DNA of 26,371 nt. It comes from Promethearchaeota archaeon (GTDB lineage Archaea > Asgardarchaeota > Lokiarchaeia > Sigyniarchaeales > SOKP01). The position numbers were made by a program, and so were the translations under genes. Position 1 is the first letter of the stretch. Each line of letters starts with the position of its first letter. The notes under the pieces are model-generated. The model was not told the DNA's origin. It saw nothing but the letters and a program-made list of their open reading frames with translations, and ran no database searches. Positions 17,419-25,181 of this stretch are shown here, one piece after another. The DNA is taken from assembly GCA_019057795.1 (NCBI GenBank), contig JAHLWS010000076.1, forward strand, positions 1 to 26,371, given 5' to 3'.

Positions 17419-18141
17419 ATGGGAAATTTTTGTACAGAATGTGGGAGTGCTTTACAAGCTGAATGGAAAGTTTGCCCCAATTGCGGTGTACCTATCATAA
17501 GTCTTCCTGAGCAGGGCTCTGCCTACAAAGCGAAAACTTTCCAACAACCTGTTCAATACCAATATCCAAAATCACTTGTTACTATAAAAACTTCTAAGCA
17601 GAAATGGGCAGAAAAGAGTTGGATTTTCTCATTAGTAGCTGGGATAATTGGACTAGTTTCATTGTTAACTCCATTTTCTTCAGGGAAATCATATAATCTT
17701 TACGGAGTTTTAGTGTTTTCTTTTGAACAATGGTGGTTCGGCTATAATACGGTATATGATTATGACCTTGGTTATGAATCTTTTTGGATGGAGAACCTTA
17801 GTTTTTTATTGCCTGAATTAATTACCCTTATTATCGTAATTTTTAGTAATTTGTTGATATTAATAATAGCCGCCAGACTACCTAAGAGGGCAAAAAATAC
17901 CTCTAATTGGTTGATTGGAGGTGCAATCGGGCTATTAGGATCTAGTATAGCATTAATTGCGATATTTGAACTACTATTTATGATTGAATCAGATTATTCA
18001 TATTGGCAGATGATGTCACCGGGATTCGCAATAATATGGCAATTTATTGGGTTTGTGTTGGTAATTATTGGATATTCTGTAGGAAAATTGAAATATCCTG
18101 TTCAACAACAACCTCAATATGACCTAGGAGTTAAATCATAA
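17419..18141 (+). CDS. Zinc-ribbon domain membrane protein
   Basis: N-terminal FCTECG...CPNCG, Q/P-rich linker, about four hydrophobic helices. Confidence 0.8.
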   Translation: MGNFCTECGSALQAEWKVCPNCGVPIISLPEQGSAYKAKTFQQPVQYQYPKSLVTIKTSKQKWAEKSWIFSLVAGIIGLVSLLTPFSSGKSYNLYGVLVFSFEQWWFGYNTVYDYDLGYESFWMENLSFLLPELITLIIVIFSNLLILIIAARLPKRAKNTSNWLIGGAIGLLGSSIALIAIFELLFMIESDYSYWQMMSPGFAIIWQFIGFVLVIIGYSVGKLKYPVQQQPQYDLGVKS

Positions 18142-18229
18142 ATAGGAGAAAATTAAATTTTTCTTTATATATTCGACTAGATAAGCGAATATCTGATGAA
18201 ATAATGGTCTATATTCTTGTACTGTAAGG

Positions 18230-18277
18230 GAGACTCATTGAGTTTTTGTTTAATGAATGCGTGCCTTTCTGGTCGCG
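18230..18277 (+). repeat. 48-bp direct repeat, copy A (duplicate of the chrB-like gene 3' region)
   Basis: 47/48 identical to 19559-19606. Confidence 0.9.
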
Positions 18278-18284
18278 GTTTTTA

Positions 18285-18579
18285 GAAATAAAATTCTATC
18301 TGAAACACCTTTAAGGTTTTCAATGTCTACTATTACGCTGGCAATAAGAAAAGTAGGGAATTATAGAAGCTAAAAAATAATAAACCAATCATTGAACCTA
18401 TATCCTAATGTACTAAAAGTTTAACCTATTATTATGCTATATATCATCATTTGAATTGCTAATAATCCAAAAAGGAATAATCCTATACCTGCTAAAAGCA
18501 TCATGAAGAATTTAGAACACCTTGTTGTAATAACTATATATCTTATAATCAAAATAAAAATTAACACGCCAATTGCTAT
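18285..18579 (-). pseudogene. Degraded membrane-protein gene
   Basis: One frame reads IAIGVLIFILIIRY...FFMMLLAGIGLFLFGLLAIQMMIYSIIIG*...FPTFLIASVIVD with three in-frame stops. Confidence 0.4.
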
Positions 18580-18866
18580 ATTTAATTTTAATTTTTAATT
18601 TAATTTAATTTTTTTAATAAACCTAATTTTCATCTCAATTATGAAAGAGCAATTATTTAAATATTTTTATTTTAATGTGGATTTGACCTACAATCTTTCC
18701 TTGAAAGATTTTCAAGGAAGCCAACCAATAATTAATAAAAAAAGCTAAAATATGTACTACTCTCCGATGATTTAATATATTGGAAATATTATTAATATAT
18801 AAGAAATAATTCAATTCTTTATGAATTAAACAATTATCAATTCTTTTAAAAAACGAGGATTTTAAA

Positions 18867-19163
18867 ATGCTACTTGATAAAACCCTTATTCTCAAAGTAC
18901 TAAAAGAAATAAAAAAGGAAATAAAATCTAAATATTGGGTAAAGACTATTGGTTTATTTGGTTCATATGTCAAAGATATGCAAAATGATTCGAGTGACAT
19001 TGACTTTTTAGTAGAATTTGAAAAAGGTGCAGATTTATTCCACTACATGGGTTTAATCTTCTTTCTGGAAGAAAAATTTAATCGAAAGGTTGAAGTAATT
19101 TCGAAACCAGCTTTAAAGGAGGATTTAAGGGAAAATATTCTTCAAGAGGTTATATATGAATAA
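18867..19163 (+). CDS. mntA: Minimal nucleotidyltransferase (MNT) antitoxin
   Basis: GSYVKDMQNDSSDID fits GS-x10-DxD; overlaps the downstream HEPN gene. Confidence 0.9.
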   Translation: MLLDKTLILKVLKEIKKEIKSKYWVKTIGLFGSYVKDMQNDSSDIDFLVEFEKGADLFHYMGLIFFLEEKFNRKVEVISKPALKEDLRENILQEVIYE

Positions 19164-19506
19164 AGATCAATTTAAATATCTTAAAGATATCAAGAAGGCA
19201 ATATTAAGCATAGAATCTTTTGTAGAAGGAATGAATTTTGAAGAATTCAATAATGACGATAAAACTACGAGTGCTGTGATAAGAAAATTAGAAATCATTG
19301 GGGAAGCAACGAAAAGCATTTCTAATACTATCAGGGATAAATACTCTCAAATACCTTGGAAGGAAATGGCTGGTATGAGAGATAGATTGATTCATGGGTA
19401 CTCAGAAGTTGATTTTAATTTAGTATGGGAAACTATACAAAGAAAATTAACTGAATTAAAGTTAGAAATCCAGAAAATTTTGGATGAAGAAAAAGAAGTA
19501 ACATAA
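19156..19506 (+). CDS. hepT: HEPN/DUF86 ribonuclease toxin (HepT-like)
   Basis: EIIGEA and RDRLIHGY (R-x4-H-x-Y) motifs. Confidence 0.92.
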   Translation: MNKDQFKYLKDIKKAILSIESFVEGMNFEEFNNDDKTTSAVIRKLEIIGEATKSISNTIRDKYSQIPWKEMAGMRDRLIHGYSEVDFNLVWETIQRKLTELKLEIQKILDEEKEVT

Positions 19507-19529
19507 ACATAATATCCACATTTAAAAGC

Positions 19530-20087
19530 CTAGGAAAGTGGCCTTTTCGTCGGTAATAGAGACTCGTTGAGTTTTTGTTTAATGAATGCGTGCCTTTCTG
19601 GTCGCGTTTTGATTTTCTCTAATTCATCTTTATATTTTTCACGGATTATTTGTTGTTTAAAGTACGTGTATACGGCGTCGTAAACTGGAAATTCCTTTTC
19701 CAATGCTTCGTGATCTGAATTTACTAAAAATGGGGTTCCAACAGCTACAAGTTCTAAAGCCCACGCGAGAGGTTCCTCGTTTATTCCTCCCGTATCTGCG
19801 GCTCTAACAAGTTTTCTAACTCCTTGCAACGCCTCGTCGCTTTCGAGCTCATATTTTTCCACGATGGCATCAAATGTGCAATGCTTCTCACCGTTGCATA
19901 CATGGTGATCAAGTTCTACTCCCGTACCAGCAGTATCAAATGGAATTGCTCCAGTGTTCGCTACGAAATCGGATATTTCATCTTTTGGGAGGAAAACGAA
20001 TTGAGCGCGTTTATCAACGAATCTTTTGATTAACCAGGGGCTAGCTACCCTATCAATATGTACATAATCTCGGGTTACCCATATCAT
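19530..20087 (-). CDS. Chromate-resistance ChrB C-terminal-domain protein (ChrF-like)
   Basis: WVTR..HIDRVASPWLIKRFVD..A.F, GAIPFD, CTFD, VRAAD and YDA motifs. Confidence 0.85.
   Translation of the reverse strand: MIWVTRDYVHIDRVASPWLIKRFVDKRAQFVFLPKDEISDFVANTGAIPFDTAGTGVELDHHVCNGEKHCTFDAIVEKYELESDEALQGVRKLVRAADTGGINEEPLAWALELVAVGTPFLVNSDHEALEKEFPVYDAVYTYFKQQIIREKYKDELEKIKTRPERHAFIKQKLNESLLPTKRPLS
19559..19606 (+). repeat. 48-bp direct repeat, copy B (inside the chrB-like gene)
   Basis: 47/48 identical to 18230-18277. Confidence 0.9.
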
Positions 20088-20120
20088 TTTTTTATCAATT
20101 TTTATTTAGTTTTACCATAA

Positions 20121-20468
20121 TCAAGGGATTTCTTTTGATAATAAATCATCTATTTGATGTAAAAAATCAGTTAATTCATCTTCAATAATAGCCCAAATTA
20201 TTTCATAATTCACTCCAAAATATTGATGGATAAGTCTATCTCGAATACTAGCAATTTTATTCCAAGGGATTGACTTAGATTTATTTTTTAAATTATCCGG
20301 TAAAAGTTTAACTCCCTCACCAATTATCTCAAAATTCCGTACAACAGCATCCTGAGTTTTTAAGTCTTTTAAAAATTGGTCAAAATTTAGATTTATAACA
20401 TATTTTTTAATTCTGGAAATTACCTCTTTTATATCGCTCAGAATTTCTATTACTCCTCTTTTAGACAT
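20121..20468 (-). CDS. hepT: HEPN/DUF86 ribonuclease toxin (HepT-like), second paralog
   Basis: QDAVVRNFEIIGE and RDRLIHQY motifs. Confidence 0.92.
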   Translation of the reverse strand: MSKRGVIEILSDIKEVISRIKKYVINLNFDQFLKDLKTQDAVVRNFEIIGEGVKLLPDNLKNKSKSIPWNKIASIRDRLIHQYFGVNYEIIWAIIEDELTDFLHQIDDLLSKEIP

Positions 20469-20763
20469 AAATCACACTCATTCTGATTTCTTGGGCAATT
20501 TTTTCTACTCTTATACTTCTAATTCCTTCGGGAGTTAAAATATCTACTTTCTTATTGAATAAATTTTCTAAATAATCAGCCAAATCCATAAAAGCTAATC
20601 CAATTGATTTTTCAAATTCTACAATTATATCAATATCACTATCTTCTTTTGGCTTCCCTTTAGCAAAAGATCCAAAGAGTCCAATTTTTTTAATTCTATA
20701 TTCTTTTTTTAGAAAAGAAAGTTCTTTTCTTAATTTATTAATAACCTCTTCAGTAGTTAACAT
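20461..20763 (-). CDS. mntA: MNT antitoxin, second paralog
   Basis: GSFAKGKPKEDSDID fits GS-x10-DxD; KVDIL third Asp; 8-bp overlap with the HEPN gene. Confidence 0.9.
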   Translation of the reverse strand: MLTTEEVINKLRKELSFLKKEYRIKKIGLFGSFAKGKPKEDSDIDIIVEFEKSIGLAFMDLADYLENLFNKKVDILTPEGIRSIRVEKIAQEIRMSVIYV

Positions 20764-20988
20764 CTTTTTTCATATTGAATATAATTTTGGAAATTAGGAA
20801 GATTCTAATTGTTTTAAAGTCATTATTATCAATAAATAAGATGTTTTTCTCGATATTAATTCTTTATATTCTTATTCTTAAAAAAAATAGTTGATTATTA
20901 ATTTTTAAATAATTTTTTTTTATTTTAATTCTTTTTATTTCAAATGATAATGTATTTATGACCCCAAACATTTAGTTCAAATGTATTT

Positions 20989-21699
20989 ATGATGAAGACA
21001 AAAACAGAAAAAGACGACTATGAGTCGTGCCAATCCACTATAAATCCCAGCGAGTGGAAGGGAAGAACGATAGAAATTGACGATGCTGGGACGGGTGATC
21101 TTGTCGGAAATGCCTTTATTGGCTTTCGGGACACGAACACGGGAAAAATTATTTTTCAATCGGTTCCAGTTGGCCTCTATAACGAAGAGAACAAGGACGA
21201 GGACCAACCGAAGAAACACATTCTAAAAGTAGTTATCAAAGCTCTTAGAGTGCTTAATCACAGCGAGGGTGATAGGATACTCCTATGCCGGGGTAATTGT
21301 TTTGATCTTGTTAGAGAATATTTTGAAGAGAACAAGATATATTACGAGCCGGCAATTGTCGAAGGGGAGCTCCAGGACGCTGTGGAGGACAGATTTATTC
21401 AACACCTCAGAAAATTAGGAGTACGCTCGAACAATCTTACGGTGGACTCAGGTATCCAGAGATACTTTCTCTTGTTTAACTGGGTATGTCGGGACTTCCC
21501 AAATCGGGAACGCTACGTTAAAACTGGCTTCCCATCGTGGAAAAAGAAGTGGCGAAAGATTGCTATGGATAGATACCATAATTCCAAGAGAAGTAAGGTC
21601 CAGAGAAGAGAGTTAATCGAGCGAAGAGCGAATGAAATCTATAGAGTTATGCTTGAGAAACCTATTTCTATAGGAAAGACTGCCTCTGAGAATAGATGA
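20989..21699 (+). CDS. Uncharacterised protein, probable RNase H-like fold (RNase HII/HIII-like first strand)
   Basis: IEIDDAGTGDLVG resembles the RNase HII G-x-DE-A-G-x-G motif; basic C-terminus. Confidence 0.55.
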   Translation: MMKTKTEKDDYESCQSTINPSEWKGRTIEIDDAGTGDLVGNAFIGFRDTNTGKIIFQSVPVGLYNEENKDEDQPKKHILKVVIKALRVLNHSEGDRILLCRGNCFDLVREYFEENKIYYEPAIVEGELQDAVEDRFIQHLRKLGVRSNNLTVDSGIQRYFLLFNWVCRDFPNRERYVKTGFPSWKKKWRKIAMDRYHNSKRSKVQRRELIERRANEIYRVMLEKPISIGKTASENR

Positions 21700-21961
21700 T
21701 ATTCTTGGTATTTAGAGTATAAAGCTTTTCTTTTGTTAGAAAAGCAGTTCTAAAACTTATTTTTTTTTAATTCTTTGAGTATAAAACGATAGTTTATTGT
21801 TTAAATTTTATTCTTATTATCTGAAAACGAAAAACAACAGAAGAGATATTAATTTCTTAATTTCTCGTTTTTCATGCGAAAAAGGGACCGAACTGGGCAA
21901 TTTATAAGCGTAGATAATCATATTTATAACTGGGAAACGAAAAAAGTGTTGTAACCTTAAA

Positions 21962-23134
21962 ATGCCGGATTATGATTATACGTGGAAAATAATGATGTTA
22001 GGAGACCGTAGCGTTCCTAAAACATCGTTAACCATTCGTTATATATCAGGTTTTTTTTTAGATAATTTAAAATTGACAATTGGAGTGGATTTCTATTCTA
22101 AAACAACTGATTTCAGAGGAAAAAGGGTTAAACTACAAATCTGGGACTTTGGAGGCGAAGAGAGGTTCAGGTTTTTACTCCACCAATATTGCATGGGTGC
22201 TAATGGCGCTATGTTTTTATATGACATTACAAATCCCTTAACCCTTGCTCACTTACCAGACTGGATTCAATTGATTAGAGGTCATGCTGGTGATATACCT
22301 ATAATATTAGTAGGGACCAAGCTGCATTTAGAGCGATTTCGAGTCGTTACACGAGAGGAAGGATTAGAATTTGCTCAAAGGTATAATTTATCTTCATTCG
22401 TCGAACTTTCTTCTAAAACCGGGCAAAATGTAGAAAGGGTTTTTGAAGTTATAACAGAAAAGTTATTTGAAAGATATAACAGAAATACGATTAGAAACCA
22501 ACCACATATTCCAATAAATAATTATCAATCAAAGAAAAAGCGGAGAACAGTCAAGAAAGAATTTAAGATTAATAAAAAACTCACAGTAAAATTAGAAAAT
22601 AACCGAACTAATATTTATGTCGATGGTAAACTGTTTAACCAATGTAAATACTTATTATTAAACATATCTACTAATAGAATTAGGGACTACGATATAATAG
22701 CTTCTATAGATGAAGCTGCAGAAAGGTTAGACAGATCTTTGGAGGGAAGAAACTCACATTTCACGATTTCTCCTAAGACTGAATTCTGGGGGCACTGTTC
22801 TAATATTCAGGCGTGGTACGAAAATAATTACGATACTCGCATTCTTCATAGAAATTTAGCATTTCCTCTTTTAAAATCCCTTGCAGCCGCCAACGATGCC
22901 CTCGCTAAAAAAGTCTTTAAAGAGGAGATAGCTTTAAGACTTGAAAGTGGATATCCTTCAGTAGTTTTTTACTTAATTGAAAAGGGATTTTTAAAATTAT
23001 TAACTGAGGAGGAGTTGAATACCATTATAGAAAGCCCTAAATTTTTAGAAAATTTACATAAATGGTTCTCTAATAAGAATGTCCCTGCACAACTCTCTCA
23101 AAAAATCAAGAACAAATTAGATAATATGAATTAA
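21962..23134 (+). CDS. Rab-like small GTPase with degenerate G1/G4 motifs, fused to a ~200-aa C-terminal domain
   Basis: RabF1-5-like motifs IGVDF, KLQIW, RFRFL, YCMGA, LYDIT; G3 WDFGG; G5 SSK; G1 reads GDRSVPKT and G4 reads TKLH. Confidence 0.88.
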   Translation: MPDYDYTWKIMMLGDRSVPKTSLTIRYISGFFLDNLKLTIGVDFYSKTTDFRGKRVKLQIWDFGGEERFRFLLHQYCMGANGAMFLYDITNPLTLAHLPDWIQLIRGHAGDIPIILVGTKLHLERFRVVTREEGLEFAQRYNLSSFVELSSKTGQNVERVFEVITEKLFERYNRNTIRNQPHIPINNYQSKKKRRTVKKEFKINKKLTVKLENNRTNIYVDGKLFNQCKYLLLNISTNRIRDYDIIASIDEAAERLDRSLEGRNSHFTISPKTEFWGHCSNIQAWYENNYDTRILHRNLAFPLLKSLAAANDALAKKVFKEEIALRLESGYPSVVFYLIEKGFLKLLTEEELNTIIESPKFLENLHKWFSNKNVPAQLSQKIKNKLDNMN

Positions 23135-23161
23135 ATTCTATTTAGTTCCTGTTCATCCATA

Positions 23162-23779
23162 TTATTTATTATATCTTAGCATCAACCAGATATCATCATC
23201 AAATTGAGGTAAAGAAATTTGTTCGACCAGTTCAAATCCAAAATGTTCGTACATAGCTAGGTTTCTTTCGTGCGTTTCTAAATAACAGGGTAAACTGTTT
23301 TCATCAAGTTTAGCAAGCATAGGTTTTAATAATCTGCTAGCATAACCATTTCCTTGATGCTTAGGGTCTATCGCAAGATTATACAGATACATGTGAGGAA
23401 AATTAGCATGTTGCTTATGTTTTTTATTAGCTAAGTTGCTATATAGCATAAGTTTTTTTCGACCTTCTTTTTTTGCTCCAATAACTACAGAAAGAGCTCC
23501 ATGTCGTATATAATGCCAATTTGATAGTTTAATTTTATCGTGAGGCAGCCAAGCAGCAACTCCTTCGATATTTTTAGTTGGAGCGTAAACCTTCCCAAAT
23601 TTTAAAGAGATACGAAAAGTTAAATTCATTAATTTTAGTAAAAATTTCATTTGTTTAGAGGAATCTGTAGAAAAATAAGAAAAATCATCAGCTTCAAAAT
23701 ATGCTCTAGCAGCAACTTCTGCTGATAAATGAATATTTGTTTTATCTAATCTAAATAGATTCTCTAGGTCGTTAAACAC
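23162..23779 (-). CDS. GNAT family N-acetyltransferase
   Basis: Motif A LAIDPKHQGNGYAS and motif B YLET..NLAMYEHFGF. Confidence 0.9.
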   Translation of the reverse strand: MFNDLENLFRLDKTNIHLSAEVAARAYFEADDFSYFSTDSSKQMKFLLKLMNLTFRISLKFGKVYAPTKNIEGVAAWLPHDKIKLSNWHYIRHGALSVVIGAKKEGRKKLMLYSNLANKKHKQHANFPHMYLYNLAIDPKHQGNGYASRLLKPMLAKLDENSLPCYLETHERNLAMYEHFGFELVEQISLPQFDDDIWLMLRYNK

Positions 23780-23962
23780 ATATAGAATAATTTTTTATAA
23801 TTTTTAATTTCTTCTAAAATTAGTTTTGACATCCTTTATTCCTTCTAATGTGAAAAAGCTCCATCTTTTCATTGAACTCACAGGATTGATAGAGTTCGCT
23901 ACTATTTTGGATGAAATCAAAATAAGAAAAAAGAAAATTATAACTATTAAAGGTATATTTGT

Positions 23963-25072
23963 TCAATTTAAAGATAGCATTTTATTTTCTCTTGAAGATT
24001 GATAAGCAAGCTCTATAATCTTATGCGCTTTATAGCCAATTTCTAAGCCAGGGTATGGTTTTTCTTCTTTAATAATCGATTCCAAGAAGTGTAGATTTTC
24101 AAAAAAATAAAGTCCTGTACTTGGAGTAATTTGGGGTAAATCTTTTTCTTTTAGGTACTCGTTAATAATCTCATTTAATTTTAGCCTTGTTTTTTTCCTT
24201 CCAATCAAATATTCAAACTTTTTAAAGGAAAATCCGGTATAGCCATCTAAAACAACATATCCATTTTCGAAGAAAATTTCAATCCGTCTCACATCCATTC
24301 TTACTTTATTCCAGATACTTATCAAATCGCCTACGAATCCGTCTTCATATTCGAATTTTATTGTAGCTACATCTTCAAGCCTTTTTTGGGTTAAGGGAGA
24401 AATATATCGAATCTTAGCAAATAATTTCGACAGTTTGGAATCGTTGCCAAAGAGATATTCGAGCATGTCGACATCGTGAATGCTATGTTCAAATAAACAG
24501 CCTGCATGAGCTAAGGACGGATCTTTTCTCCATTCAGACGGATGAATGCGGGATCCTATTGGCCATTCTTGGGCATCTCTAAATATAAATGATAATCTCA
24601 TACCAAAAGCTTCGTTGTTTTCTAATAAAATTTGTTTTAATTTCCAAAGAATGGGGCAGTGTCGTAGTACTAGCCCCACTTGAGTTAGAACGCCCTGCTT
24701 TTTTTCTACTGAAATCATTTCTTTGATATCCTCTAAAGTAAATGCAAGGGGTTTTTCGCAAAAAATATATTTGCCCTCTTCAGCAATTCGTATATAATAA
24801 TCTTTATGAAATTTCGTAGGTGTTGTAATATACATAACATTAATGTTCTTATCTTTGATGATCTCGTCTGGATTAGTTGTAAAATATTCTACATTATAAG
24901 GGTTATTTCTTTTCAAATTGTTTAATTTATTTTCATCAATATCTGCTACTCCGAGTATTTTTATATTAACTCCGTGCTTTGAAAGTAGATTATCTTCTTG
25001 TATTTTTTTCAAGGAAAGTAAATGTACTAATCCAATAGAGCCAGTTCCAATCATTCCTATATTTAAATTCAA
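23963..25072 (-). CDS. Gfo/Idh/MocA family NAD(P)-dependent oxidoreductase
   Basis: IGMIGTGSIG Rossmann motif, TPTKFH, CEKP, and HSIHDVD. Confidence 0.93.
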   Translation of the reverse strand: MNLNIGMIGTGSIGLVHLLSLKKIQEDNLLSKHGVNIKILGVADIDENKLNNLKRNNPYNVEYFTTNPDEIIKDKNINVMYITTPTKFHKDYYIRIAEEGKYIFCEKPLAFTLEDIKEMISVEKKQGVLTQVGLVLRHCPILWKLKQILLENNEAFGMRLSFIFRDAQEWPIGSRIHPSEWRKDPSLAHAGCLFEHSIHDVDMLEYLFGNDSKLSKLFAKIRYISPLTQKRLEDVATIKFEYEDGFVGDLISIWNKVRMDVRRIEIFFENGYVVLDGYTGFSFKKFEYLIGRKKTRLKLNEIINEYLKEKDLPQITPSTGLYFFENLHFLESIIKEEKPYPGLEIGYKAHKIIELAYQSSRENKMLSLN

Positions 25073-25181
25073 CTAAAACACTCTGTTTTTTTAATTCTAT
25101 TTAATGAATAAAATATTTCATTTTTTAAATCCTTCAGCACCTAAGAGTTGATTAAAATTTGTTAAAAATATAAAATTTTAT

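Noticed and set aside
18580-18620. (T)TTTAA tandem-like run
   Set aside because: Low-complexity AT tract with no spacers; not a CRISPR array or iteron set.
20949-20992. 13-bp direct repeat AATGTATTTATGA at 20949 and 20980
   Set aside because: Short and AT-rich with only two copies; it may be regulatory but cannot be told from chance.
25148-25152. TTGAT as the left-end target motif (ISDra2-like)
   Set aside because: It lies about 48 nt from the hairpin; TTTAT at 25177-25181 fits the spacing and the AAAA guide better.
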